From: an uncultured Gemmatimonadales bacterium
GTDB lineage: Bacteria > Gemmatimonadota > Gemmatimonadetes > Palauibacterales > Palauibacteraceae
Reading direction: 5' to 3'
NCBI GenBank assembly: GCA_963783385.1
Contig: CAWANJ010000001.1
Location: 288,001 to 352,000 of the forward strand
Length of the DNA stretch: 64,000 bases
Below the pieces are notes generated by a model that saw nothing but the letters and a program-made list of their open reading frames with translations, did not search any database and was not told the origin of the DNA. Below, piece by piece: positions 47,146 to 56,358 of the stretch; within the stretch, counting starts at the first letter, position 1; the number at the start of each line of letters is the position of its first letter. The position numbers and the translations under genes were made by a program.

Positions 47146-47514
47146 TCAGACCGCGAAGGAGCTCCCGCAGCCGCAGCCGCCGGTGGCGTTGGGGTTCTCG
47201 AAAGTGAACCCCGATCCCTGGAAGGTGCTCTTGTAGTCGATCGACACGCCTTCCAGGTATTGCGCCGAAAAGGGGTCGATGAACAGCCGCACGCCGTGGC
47301 TGTCGATGACGAAGTCGTCGTCGCGGGCCTCCGGCTCCAGGTTGAGGGCATACTCGAAGCCCGAGCATCCGCCCGGCACGACGCTCACGCGCAGACCGGC
47401 GGCTTCGCCTTCCATCTTCTCATCGGACATGAACTTCCGGACCTCTCCGGCCGCCATCTCGGAGAGCGTGATCCCGAGTGCCTCACCCTGTCCCGACTGT
47501 ACCGTAGTATCCAT
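47146..47514 (-). CDS. A-type Fe-S carrier (IscA/ErpA/HesB)
   Basis: GGCSGFEY; NPNATGGCGCGSSF. Confidence 0.95.
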   Translation of the reverse strand: MDTTVQSGQGEALGITLSEMAAGEVRKFMSDEKMEGEAAGLRVSVVPGGCSGFEYALNLEPEARDDDFVIDSHGVRLFIDPFSAQYLEGVSIDYKSTFQGSGFTFENPNATGGCGCGSSFAV

Positions 47515-47590
47515 GATCCCACCCTTCGGTGTGTCGATTCCCGCGGAGGACGGCCCCCGCGCCACGTGCCCCCGCCCAACGCGACGCGCG

Positions 47591-48598
47591 TCAGGCGCTC
47601 GTCGCGCCCGCCGGCGCCGCCGCTCCATCGGAGCCGGCCGCGGTCGACCCGGATCCCTCGCGCTCGGCCAGGTCGACCAGGTACTTCTCGGCCGCGAACA
47701 CGGCCGTGGTCGCATCGCCCACCGCCGTCGTGATCTGGCGCACGAGCTGCGAGCGGACGTCCCCGGCCGCGAACAGGCCCGGCACCGAGGTCCGCATGTC
47801 CCGGTCCGTGAGCAGGTACCCGCCGGCGTCGTGCTCGACGTGCTCCGCGAGGACCGTCGTGTTCGGGTCGAACCCTATGAATATAAACACTCCGGTGACG
47901 GGGAGTTCCAATGCCTCACCCGTCCCGACGTCGCGCAGCGCGAGGGACGTGACCCCCGAATCGTCGCCGCGGATCTCCTCGACGACCGTGTTCCAGATCA
48001 CCTCGGCCCTCGGGTTTCGCAGGAGCCGATCCTCGAGCACCGCCTGCGCCCGGAAGGCCTCCCGTCGGTGGACGACGTACACCTTCTCCGCGTAACGGGT
48101 CAGGAACTCTCCCTCCTCTACCGCGGAATCCCCACCTCCCACCACCGCGATGGTCTGGCCCTTGAAGAAGGCGCCGTCGCAGATGGCGCAGTAGCTGACG
48201 CCCTTCCCCCGGAACTCCTCCTCACCGGGGACGCCCAGCCGGCGGGGCGTGCCGCCCGCCGTCAACACGACGGCGGGGGAGCGGTACACGGTCCCATCCG
48301 AGACCGCGACCAGGAAGCGGCCCTCCTCGTCGCGCCGGATGGACTCCACCACGCCGTAGGTGGCCTCCACGCCGAACCTGGCCGCGTGCTCCGTCATGCG
48401 CTCGGCCAGCTCCAGCCCACCCACCTCCTCGAGTCCGGGATAGTCGTCCACCAGCTCCGTGAGAAGGAGCTGTCCCCCGGGAGCACCCTGCTCGAGGAGG
48501 ACGGCGTCCATCTCCGAGCGTCCGGCATACAGGGCGGCGCACAGACCCGCCGGGCCCGCACCCACGATGATCAGCTCGTGATCCTGCGTCGTCGTCAT
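47591..48598 (-). CDS. trxB: Thioredoxin-disulfide reductase
   Basis: GAGPAG, GVSYCAICDG, GGGDSAVEE, FAAGDVR. Confidence 0.95.
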   Translation of the reverse strand: MTTTQDHELIIVGAGPAGLCAALYAGRSEMDAVLLEQGAPGGQLLLTELVDDYPGLEEVGGLELAERMTEHAARFGVEATYGVVESIRRDEEGRFLVAVSDGTVYRSPAVVLTAGGTPRRLGVPGEEEFRGKGVSYCAICDGAFFKGQTIAVVGGGDSAVEEGEFLTRYAEKVYVVHRREAFRAQAVLEDRLLRNPRAEVIWNTVVEEIRGDDSGVTSLALRDVGTGEALELPVTGVFIFIGFDPNTTVLAEHVEHDAGGYLLTDRDMRTSVPGLFAAGDVRSQLVRQITTAVGDATTAVFAAEKYLVDLAEREGSGSTAAGSDGAAAPAGATSA

Positions 48599-49452
48599 GG
48601 TCGTTCGTCCGTCGTCTCGTCCCCGGCGGCCCGGGCCTCGATCCTCTCCAGCCACTCCACGGGTACCTCTTCGGAGCCCGGCATCGCCTCGTGTACCTGG
48701 TCGCGCCCGTGCCAGTCGGATCCGCCGGCCATCAGGAGTCCGTCCTCCTGCGCCAGGGACCTCAGTGCACGGCGCGTGCCCTCATCGTGGGAGGGATGGA
48801 GCACCTCCACGCCGTCGAGGCCCTGCTCGATCCAGCGTCGAATGTCCGCGGTGGAGTGCTCCCGGCCCGGATGGGCCACGAGCACGACACCCCCGGCCGC
48901 GTGGATGAGGTCGATCACCTCGGTCGGCGGCGTGGGTCGCTTGTCGACGAACGCCGGTCGACCCCGCGAGAGGTAGCGCCTGAACACGGTGCGCTCGTCC
49001 CGCACCAGCCCCTCCTCGACCAGCGCCCGCCCGATGTGCGCCCGCGTGGGGAGTCCTCCGACCGCCTGGCGCTCCACCGCCTCGTACGGGAGCGGGACAT
49101 CCAGGTCGTGCAGGCGCCCTACGATCGCATGGGCCCGGCGCACGCGCTCCCCCCGGTAGTCAGCCAGGTAGCCCAGCAGCTCCGGGTCGGTCGGGTCGAA
49201 CGCATACGCCAGCAAGTGGATGGAGCGGCCCGGCTCGTTGGCGGACATCTCCGCGCCGACCAGGAGCCTGATGCCCTGCCGCTCCGCTTCCCGAGCCGCC
49301 TCTTCGAGCCCGGCCACGGTGTCGTGGTCCATGAGGGCCATCCCCGCGAGCCCGGCTTCGGCGGCTCTACGTACTACCGAGGCGGGCGCCTCGGTTCCGT
49401 CGGATGCGGTGCTGTGCAGATGGAGGTCGACGCGCTCTCGCTCCGACGTCAC
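48595..49452 (-). CDS. PHP domain protein (YciV/TrpH-like)
   Basis: DLHLHSTASDG, DHDT, RAHIGRAL, AHP, GGSDWHG. Confidence 0.9.
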   Translation of the reverse strand: MTSERERVDLHLHSTASDGTEAPASVVRRAAEAGLAGMALMDHDTVAGLEEAAREAERQGIRLLVGAEMSANEPGRSIHLLAYAFDPTDPELLGYLADYRGERVRRAHAIVGRLHDLDVPLPYEAVERQAVGGLPTRAHIGRALVEEGLVRDERTVFRRYLSRGRPAFVDKRPTPPTEVIDLIHAAGGVVLVAHPGREHSTADIRRWIEQGLDGVEVLHPSHDEGTRRALRSLAQEDGLLMAGGSDWHGRDQVHEAMPGSEEVPVEWLERIEARAAGDETTDERP

Positions 49453-49694
49453 GCGTACGTGCGCGGGGAGCCCAGAGACCGGCTCTGGCGGAAGAGATGG
49501 CTGAGATCGGCCTCCGACAGCGCCTCGAGGTCCTCCGGACCCGCGACCCGCTCGGACGGCACCTCGACCACCCGGTAGGGGCGCTGACGGGTGGTCACGC
49601 AGAAGAACACGACCGCCTGCACGCCCGCTCGAGGGGGGTGCGCGCTGAGCTGCGCCCGCCACGCGTCTCCATCCGCCCTGATCTTCCTGGCCAT
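49449..49694 (-). CDS. 81-aa hypothetical protein
   Basis: Stop overlaps the next GTG; GGAAGG RBS; VVFFC..QRPYRVVEV..LSEADLSHLFRQS. Confidence 0.7.
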   Translation of the reverse strand: MARKIRADGDAWRAQLSAHPPRAGVQAVVFFCVTTRQRPYRVVEVPSERVAGPEDLEALSEADLSHLFRQSRSLGSPRTYA

Positions 49695-49734
49695 CGACCC
49701 TTCCCTGTCGTTCTCGGCCCGTACCGGTCGGCAC

Positions 49735-50469
49735 TCAGGCGCGGCGCACGGCCACCGCGGCGGCCACGTTCCGGTCCACCGTGTGCCGGTGTCCGTCGAC
49801 CACGATGTCCAGCGATCCCTCGTCTCGGCCCGGTCCGATCACGGTCACGCGAGCACCCGGAAAGAGACCCACGGCCCCGGCCTCTCGCAAGCGGTCGGGC
49901 TGCTGGTCCTGTACCTCGCCGACCACGAAGGGCTCGTCGCGCGGGACCTCGAGGAGAGGACGGAGCGCGGTACGCTCCACCTTGCCGTCCGCGGCGGGGA
50001 TCGGTGAGCCGTGCGGATCGTGGTCCGGGCGACCCAGCGCCTCGTCCATGCGGGCGATGAGCTCGTCCGACGCAGCGTGCTCCAGCCGCTCGGCCTCGGC
50101 GTGGACCCCGTCCCACGCATATCCGAGCTTCTCGATCAGGTAGGACTCGAGCACGCGGTGACGCCGCAGGATGCGGAGGGCGGCCTCCCGTCCCTTGCCC
50201 GTGAGCCGCACCCCGTGATAGGGAGCGTGCTCCACCAGTCCTCGCGTGGCCAGCCCCTTGATCATGTTGGTGACCGACGGAGCCGCCCGCTCGAGGACGT
50301 CGGCCAGGTCCGACGTGGATACCGGACTCGAGGGCCGCTCCAGACGGTAGATGGCCTTCAGATAGTCCTCGGCGGCTCGCGATGCCGGCCGTCGTCCTTC
50401 CTCCGCGTCCCGAACCTCGCCCCGCACGCTCACCGTACCACCTCCTGTGTCCTCCGGGACCGACGTCAC
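49735..50469 (-). CDS. DtxR/MntR-family metal-dependent repressor with FeoA domain
   Basis: EDYLKAIY, PSVTNMIK, RRHRVLESYL, EAERLEH, DPHGSPIP. Confidence 0.93.
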   Translation of the reverse strand: MTSVPEDTGGGTVSVRGEVRDAEEGRRPASRAAEDYLKAIYRLERPSSPVSTSDLADVLERAAPSVTNMIKGLATRGLVEHAPYHGVRLTGKGREAALRILRRHRVLESYLIEKLGYAWDGVHAEAERLEHAASDELIARMDEALGRPDHDPHGSPIPAADGKVERTALRPLLEVPRDEPFVVGEVQDQQPDRLREAGAVGLFPGARVTVIGPGRDEGSLDIVVDGHRHTVDRNVAAAVAVRRA

Positions 50470-51536
50470 TCCGGGAGAAAGCTCTCCTCGCCCGTCAGCC
50501 CCGCCAGGAACGTGGCGATGAGCTCGGCCGCTGCCTCGACGTCGGAGGCCGCCACCATCTGGCTGGGGCTGTGCATGTAACGATTAGGAACGGACACCAC
50601 CGCCGCGGCCACCCCGGAGCGCGAGGTGTACATGGAATCCGCATCGGTTCCCGTGGCCGAAGGCGCCGCGTGCACCTGGAGCGGGACGCCGGCCCGACCG
50701 GCCGCCTCCTTCAGCAGGCCGTAGAGCACCGGATTCACGACAGCGCCCCGCGTCAGCACCGGGCCGCCACCCATCTTGACGTCCCCGAACTCCTTCCTGT
50801 CCACGGACGGGTGGTCGGTGGCATGCGTCACGTCCACGGCCAGGGCAGCCACGGGATCGACCCCGTAGGTGCCCGTCGCTGCCCCGCCTCCGGAGCGGTA
50901 GCCGATCTCCTCCTGCGTGGTGGCCGCGGCCACGGCGCGGACGGCGAGGCCCTTCTCGGCTGCCCGGCGCAGGGCTTCCAGGACCACGAGCGCTCCGATC
51001 CGGTCATCGATGGAGCGCGCCGCGAACCGGTCGTTGGCGAGCTCCACCGTATCTCCATGGAGCACGGCCACGTCGCCCACCGAAACCCGGCTGCGCGCCT
51101 CGTCTCCGTCCCGCGCCCCGATGTCGATCCACAGGTCCTTGAGTTTGACGGCCTTCTCGCGCTCCTCGCGGTCGATGAGATGGATGGCCTTCCGGCCGAT
51201 CACGCCGGGTACGTCGCCGTCGTCGGTGAGGATCGCCAACCGCTGACCCACCAGCACCTGCGGATCCCATCCCCCGATGGGCTGCACATACAGGTACCCG
51301 TCGTCATCAATGTGGTGTACCATGAGGCCGATCTCGTCGATGTGACCGGCGACCATGATGCGCGGGGCGTCCTCGGGTCCCGACGCCGCGAAGCTGTTCC
51401 CGTGCACGTCCAGCCACACCTCATCCGCGAAGGTGGCCGCCTCTTCCCGCCACACGCGGGCCGGCATCGCCTCGGCGCCGGAAGGCCCCCGGGCATCCAG
51501 AAGCCGGGTGAGGAACTCACGCATCCTGTCGTTCAT
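50466..51536 (-). CDS. M42 family (TET) aminopeptidase
   Basis: AGHIDEIG, IDDRIG, QEEIG, VDVTHA, RYMHSP. Confidence 0.93.
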   Translation of the reverse strand: MNDRMREFLTRLLDARGPSGAEAMPARVWREEAATFADEVWLDVHGNSFAASGPEDAPRIMVAGHIDEIGLMVHHIDDDGYLYVQPIGGWDPQVLVGQRLAILTDDGDVPGVIGRKAIHLIDREEREKAVKLKDLWIDIGARDGDEARSRVSVGDVAVLHGDTVELANDRFAARSIDDRIGALVVLEALRRAAEKGLAVRAVAAATTQEEIGYRSGGGAATGTYGVDPVAALAVDVTHATDHPSVDRKEFGDVKMGGGPVLTRGAVVNPVLYGLLKEAAGRAGVPLQVHAAPSATGTDADSMYTSRSGVAAAVVSVPNRYMHSPSQMVAASDVEAAAELIATFLAGLTGEESFLPE

Positions 51537-52073
51537 GGCATCGCCGTCGTCTGGTGGGAGTGGTTCCTCGCGGCCACGTCTCGCCGACCCAGCGCGCGGT
51601 GCGCCCCCGCATGCTCACGTACCCCTCGCCCGCACGGTCGCCGGCCTCGCCAGCCGCGAAGCTGTGCAAGGCTACGTGACGGGCCGCGGGTGAGCAAGGC
51701 CCGGGCCACCATAGAAGATTTCAAATATTGTCTCGCCACTATCGACCGGGCCGGTCGGGACCGGCCGGCGAGGCGAACAGCGAGTCGTCGAGGGAGGATT
51801 CATCGTCAGGTCGCTGATCCGAAGCTCCTTCGTCGCCCCTCCCCGCCCGTCCACGTAGCGACGGGTCCCTCCCGCTGGCGCGATCCCGACGATCGCCCTC
51901 GCCGGCCCTCGCCGGCCCCAACGTACGCCGTGCCCCGGCGGAGTCAACGTCGGAGCCAGGATCGGACTCCCTGCGTCGAGCGCGACTATTGCATGTCTAT
52001 CAATGATTGTTCAGTGTTCTATCATCGACTTATCGACACCCGACCACAGTCCGAATCAACGGAGCGACGTGGC

Positions 52074-52475
52074 ATGGCCAAGACGATCGACAGTGTAATG
52101 TCCATGGTGGAGGCGGAGCTCAAGAAGAACTCCAATGTCTCGAACGAGACACTGTTCCAGAAGGCGCAGAAGATCGACGGCTCGATCAAGGACCTCACCC
52201 TGCGCCAGTTTCACGCCCGCTATCCGCTGCAGGTCAAGCGCCGGAGGGCGGCCTCCAGCGGCCGTCGGAAGAGCCGCAAGAAGGCGCGGCCAGGCACCCG
52301 GGCGAAGACGGCGGCCACGCCCGACGCGGGTCGACAGGCCGTACGCGACGTGCTGCTGCGCTTCGCCCGGGACGTGAGCGCCGCCAATGGCAAGGCCGCA
52401 ATGATCGACCTGGTGACCGGGCTGGACAAGTACGTGGACCAGGTCCTGCGAGCCGCGGACGGCGCCCGGCGCTGA
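52074..52475 (+). CDS. 133-aa basic hypothetical protein, candidate DNA-binding
   Basis: ATG 52074 with GGAG; LRQFHARYPLQVKR, then an R/K-rich linker and helical C-terminus. Confidence 0.75.
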   Translation: MAKTIDSVMSMVEAELKKNSNVSNETLFQKAQKIDGSIKDLTLRQFHARYPLQVKRRRAASSGRRKSRKKARPGTRAKTAATPDAGRQAVRDVLLRFARDVSAANGKAAMIDLVTGLDKYVDQVLRAADGARR

Positions 52476-52481
52476 CCATCA

Positions 52482-52572
52482 CGCGCGGCCCTGTTTCGGC
52501 CGCGCCCGGAGTCCGTCGGTCGAGCGACCGACTACGGGAGCCCCCGGGCCGAGCGGCCGCGGGGGCTCCCGC
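52482..52572. terminator. Two GC hairpins between convergent genes
   Basis: GCGCGGCC..GGCCGCGC and CGGGAGCCCCC..GGGGGCTCCCG; no U-tract. Confidence 0.5.
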
Positions 52573-52575
52573 GCT

Positions 52576-53820
52576 TCACTCGTAGCGCAGGGATTCCACC
52601 GGGTCGACCGCCGCCGCCTTCCGGGCCGGCAGGATGCCGGCTACGAGCCCGATGACCACCAGGATGCCCACCGAGATGAACGCGATGGGCCAGGAGAGTC
52701 GGGGGTTGAGGAGATAGACGAGGGCCGGATTCCCGGCGGGCACGGCGTCCACGCCGACCACGATGAGGCAGGCGATCAGCAGGCCCACCAGCCCGCCCGC
52801 CAGCGCCAGGAGCAGGGCCTCGAACACGAACTGGCCGACAATGTGCCGCCGTCGCGCCCCGATGGCCAGCTTGACGCCGATCTCCGGCGTGCGCTCCCGC
52901 ACCACCACCACCATCACGTTGGCCAGCCCCACTCCCGCCACCACCAGCGTGAACGCCCCCACGAGCCCGAGGAAGATCTGGATCCCCAGGCCGATGGCCC
53001 GGTTCTGTTTCGCGTCCTCAATGAAGTCCCAGATCCCCAGCGCGTGGGTGTCCGCCGCCGCGAACCGGTGGCGCGCCCCGAGCACCCGGAAGATCTCCCG
53101 CTTCACGAACGCCGCCTGGTTCACGTCCCGCGGCCGGACCAGGAGGTGGTCGACGTAGCGGTCCCCGTAGATGGAGCGGAAGGTGGACGCCGGGATGATG
53201 GCGCGCTCGGCGTCCGGACCGTTGTTCTGGCTGTCCTGGAACTTGGTCTCCATGACGCCCACAACCGTGAACGGCAGCCCATCGAGATTCACCGTCCGCC
53301 CCACCGGATGCCCGCCCGGGAACAGCCTGGCGGCGATGGAGTCCCCCAGGAAGAGCGATCGCCGCCGCTCCGTCAGGTCCTTCTCGTCCAGGAAGCGGCC
53401 GCCGGCCGCCGGGTACATGTGCCGCATGTCCCCGAAGGAGGGATCGACGCCCTCCATGTAGGTGTTCGTTCGTATGCCGTCGACCTCCAGACTCGTCCTC
53501 CCGCGACCATACGAGGGGCTGACCATGTCCACGTCGGGGATGGAGCGCTTCAGGAGGGTGAGGTCCTCCTCGGTGAGGCGGATCCTGCGGCCGCGCGGCA
53601 GCCCCTCGAAGGGCTGGCTGGTGGTGCCGCCCCAGATCATGAACATCTTCTCGCCGGCGTTGAGGAGCCCGGTCGTCACCTCGTGCTTGAGCCCCTCCCC
53701 GAACGCCAGGAGGAGGACGACGGACATACTGCCCCACACGACCGCGAAGGTGGTGAGCAGGGCGCGCGTCTTCTGCGCCACCAGGTCACCCCAGAACTCC
53801 TCGAGCAGGATGCGCCACAT
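52576..53820 (-). CDS. MacB/FtsX-like ABC permease
   Basis: GGRFLD, GLANVM..VRERTPEIGVKLAIGA, PARKAAAVDPVESLRYE. Confidence 0.92.
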   Translation of the reverse strand: MWRILLEEFWGDLVAQKTRALLTTFAVVWGSMSVVLLLAFGEGLKHEVTTGLLNAGEKMFMIWGGTTSQPFEGLPRGRRIRLTEEDLTLLKRSIPDVDMVSPSYGRGRTSLEVDGIRTNTYMEGVDPSFGDMRHMYPAAGGRFLDEKDLTERRRSLFLGDSIAARLFPGGHPVGRTVNLDGLPFTVVGVMETKFQDSQNNGPDAERAIIPASTFRSIYGDRYVDHLLVRPRDVNQAAFVKREIFRVLGARHRFAAADTHALGIWDFIEDAKQNRAIGLGIQIFLGLVGAFTLVVAGVGLANVMVVVVRERTPEIGVKLAIGARRRHIVGQFVFEALLLALAGGLVGLLIACLIVVGVDAVPAGNPALVYLLNPRLSWPIAFISVGILVVIGLVAGILPARKAAAVDPVESLRYE

Positions 53821-53828
53821 GGCTCAGC

Positions 53829-55061
53829 TCACGTGCGCAGGCATTCGACCGGGTCCAGCGCCGCCGCCCGGCGGGCGGGGAACAGGCCGGCCAGGAAGCC
53901 AATGAGGCCGAGGAGCGACACCGTGGCCACCAGCACCGGGACGGAGATGACGGGCGTCCCCACGAATTCCTGCATCGGGACGAGTCCGAGCAGCTTCACG
54001 ATTCCCACCGAGAGGCAGAGCCCGCACAGAGCGCCCAGGCCGACGATCGCGAAGGTCTCGGCGAAGAAGGCACCCAGGATGTCGCGAGACCGGGCCCCCA
54101 CCGAGCGGCGGATCCCGATCTCCCGCGTTCTCTCCCGCACCACGATGTACATGATGTTGGCCACGCCCACGCCGCCGACGCTCAGCGTGAAGGAGCCCAC
54201 CAGCGCGAAGAACAGGTTGAAGCCCAGGAAGAGGTAGGAGAACTGCTTCTCCCAGTAGCTGGTGTCCCACACGCCGAGGGCGTCCTTGTCCGTGGGATCG
54301 AACTTGTACTTCCGGCCGAGAATCTCGTACACCTGCTTCTCGACGCCCTTCGTGACCAGGGGATCGCGCGTGCGGTAGACCAAGTTGCCAATGTACTGGT
54401 GGCCGAGCACGGCCCGGTGGGTGCTGGCCGGAATGAAGATGCGGTCCTTGTCCCGCCCGTTGTACGAGGAGTTCTGCTGCTTGGGCTGCATGACCCCGAT
54501 CACGGTGAACGGCACGTCGCCCACGTACACCCGCTTGCCCAGGGCGGGAGAGTCCCCGAACAGGAGCTGGGCGAGCTCGTCCCCCAGCACCGCCACCCGA
54601 CGACGCTGGGCCTCGTCCAGCCGATCAATGAAGCGACCGCCCGGAGCCGGAATGACGTTCCGAAGCCGGCTGTAGACGGGATAGACGCCGGTGATGTTCG
54701 GGTTGGCCGAGTGGGACCCGTAGCGCACCGGGACGCTCCTGTCACTGTACTCGGGGCTGATCTCGACGATGTCGGGGATCTGCCGCTGGAGGAGGTCCAC
54801 GTCCTCCTCGCGCAGGTGGATGGTACGACCGTCGGGGAAGCCCTCGTAGGGCCTGGTCGTGCGCCCCCCGAACAGGAGGACAATGCGGTCGCCGAGACCG
54901 TGGAAGCGCTTGATCGTCTGGCGCTCCAGCCCGACCCCGAACGCCAGCAGGACCACGACGGACACCGTGCCCCAGGCGATGCCGAGCACGGTGAGCGACG
55001 TGCGCAGGCGCTGGTGGCCCAGGTCCCACATTAGGTCCCGGAGGACGGCACGAAGGCGCAT
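53829..55061 (-). CDS. MacB/FtsX-like ABC permease
   Basis: GVANIMYIVVRERTREIGIRRSVGA, PARRAAALDPVECLR. Confidence 0.92.
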   Translation of the reverse strand: MRLRAVLRDLMWDLGHQRLRTSLTVLGIAWGTVSVVVLLAFGVGLERQTIKRFHGLGDRIVLLFGGRTTRPYEGFPDGRTIHLREEDVDLLQRQIPDIVEISPEYSDRSVPVRYGSHSANPNITGVYPVYSRLRNVIPAPGGRFIDRLDEAQRRRVAVLGDELAQLLFGDSPALGKRVYVGDVPFTVIGVMQPKQQNSSYNGRDKDRIFIPASTHRAVLGHQYIGNLVYRTRDPLVTKGVEKQVYEILGRKYKFDPTDKDALGVWDTSYWEKQFSYLFLGFNLFFALVGSFTLSVGGVGVANIMYIVVRERTREIGIRRSVGARSRDILGAFFAETFAIVGLGALCGLCLSVGIVKLLGLVPMQEFVGTPVISVPVLVATVSLLGLIGFLAGLFPARRAAALDPVECLRT

Positions 55062-55068
55062 GGACGGC

Positions 55069-56181
55069 CTACTCGATCTTGCGGGTCGGCTTCTCGAGCA
55101 CCCGGTCGCCCTCGGACAGGCCCGAGACGACCTCGATCTGGATCGCGTCGCTCAGTCCGGTCCGGATGGCCCTCTGGTCCGTCTGCCCGTCGGCGAGCTG
55201 CACGGTCACCCAGGCCGAGTCTCCCTCGAAGCTGACGACCCTCTCGGGGATCGAGAGGACGCTGTCGCGGCGGGCCACAATGATCTCGGCGTTGGCCGAA
55301 TAGCCCGCCCGCAGGTGCTGGGCGCTGTCCGGATCCAGCGCGATCTCTACCGGGAACACGGTGGCGTTCTCCTCCTTCTTGGCCTTGGGGAAGATCTTGG
55401 TCACGGTGCCGGTCACGTGGGCGTCCGGGAGAGCGCCGATCTTGATGTCGGCCTTCATCCCCTCCCGCAGCTTGCCGACGTCGATCTCGTCCACGGTGCC
55501 CCGGAACAGCAGGCTCTTCATGGACGCCATCGTCATGACGGCGGTGCCCTCCTGGTAGGTGGTGAGGGGCACCACGGGGTCGCCGATCTCGACGCTCTTG
55601 GTGAGCACGATGCCGTCGATCGGGGCCCGGACGACGGTCTCCACGTCCCCGGCCGAGCTCCGGACGCGCCCCTTCTCGAGCAGCGCCAGGCGCTCGCGGG
55701 CCAGCTGCAGCTGGAGCCTGGCCTGCTCGTACTTCTGCTGTGCCGCCTCGAACTCCTCGGCCGTGATGAACTGCTCCTTCCGGAGCGGACCGAGCCGGTC
55801 GTAGTCCTTCTTGGCCTGGTCCAGGGTCACCGTCTGGATCTCGACCTGGCGCCGGGCCTCGACGAGCTCGAGGGGCGTGGGGTTGGGGCGGATCTCGAGC
55901 AGCGGGGTCCCGGCACGCACCTGCTTGCCGACGTCCGCATAGATCTTCTGGACGACGCCGGCAAGCTGGGACTTGACGTCCACCTCGACATCGGGCTCGA
56001 TCGTCCCGACCGCGAGCGCCTTCTCGACGATATCCTGGCGGCCCACCGTCACCACGCTGGCGCCGGCGTGACCGCCGTCCTCCGAGACGACCGCGGCCAC
56101 GACGGCGCCCGCCGTGAGCACGACGAGGCCGCCGACAATGATCCCCGTACGTCGCTTCATGGTCTGGATCCGATCTTCCAT
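55069..56181 (-). CDS. Periplasmic adaptor (MacA/YknX-like MFP)
   Basis: N-terminal TM, VRAPIDG, VDEIDVGKL, LRAGYSANAEI, SGLSEGD. Confidence 0.92.
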   Translation of the reverse strand: MEDRIQTMKRRTGIIVGGLVVLTAGAVVAAVVSEDGGHAGASVVTVGRQDIVEKALAVGTIEPDVEVDVKSQLAGVVQKIYADVGKQVRAGTPLLEIRPNPTPLELVEARRQVEIQTVTLDQAKKDYDRLGPLRKEQFITAEEFEAAQQKYEQARLQLQLARERLALLEKGRVRSSAGDVETVVRAPIDGIVLTKSVEIGDPVVPLTTYQEGTAVMTMASMKSLLFRGTVDEIDVGKLREGMKADIKIGALPDAHVTGTVTKIFPKAKKEENATVFPVEIALDPDSAQHLRAGYSANAEIIVARRDSVLSIPERVVSFEGDSAWVTVQLADGQTDQRAIRTGLSDAIQIEVVSGLSEGDRVLEKPTRKIE

Positions 56182-56289
56182 CCCGCGAGGAGCGCGGCGA
56201 TTCGACGCCGGGGGAGCGCACGGCCGCGGGCCTATCCGGCGCGCCCCCGGGAGGGGCCGCTGGGGCCGCCTCTGCCGGACGCACCTCCG

Positions 56290-56316
56290 TACGGAAACGG
56301 GATCCGGAAAGATTCA
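56290..56316 (-). promoter_or_regulatory. Putative sigmaW-type ECF promoter for the MFP-permease operon
   Basis: TGAATC-N17-CGTA versus TGAAAC-N16-CGTA. Confidence 0.45.
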
Positions 56317-56358
56317 GGGACTTCCCGGGGGAGAGGAGGGTCCCCGGCGAGCGGGCGT

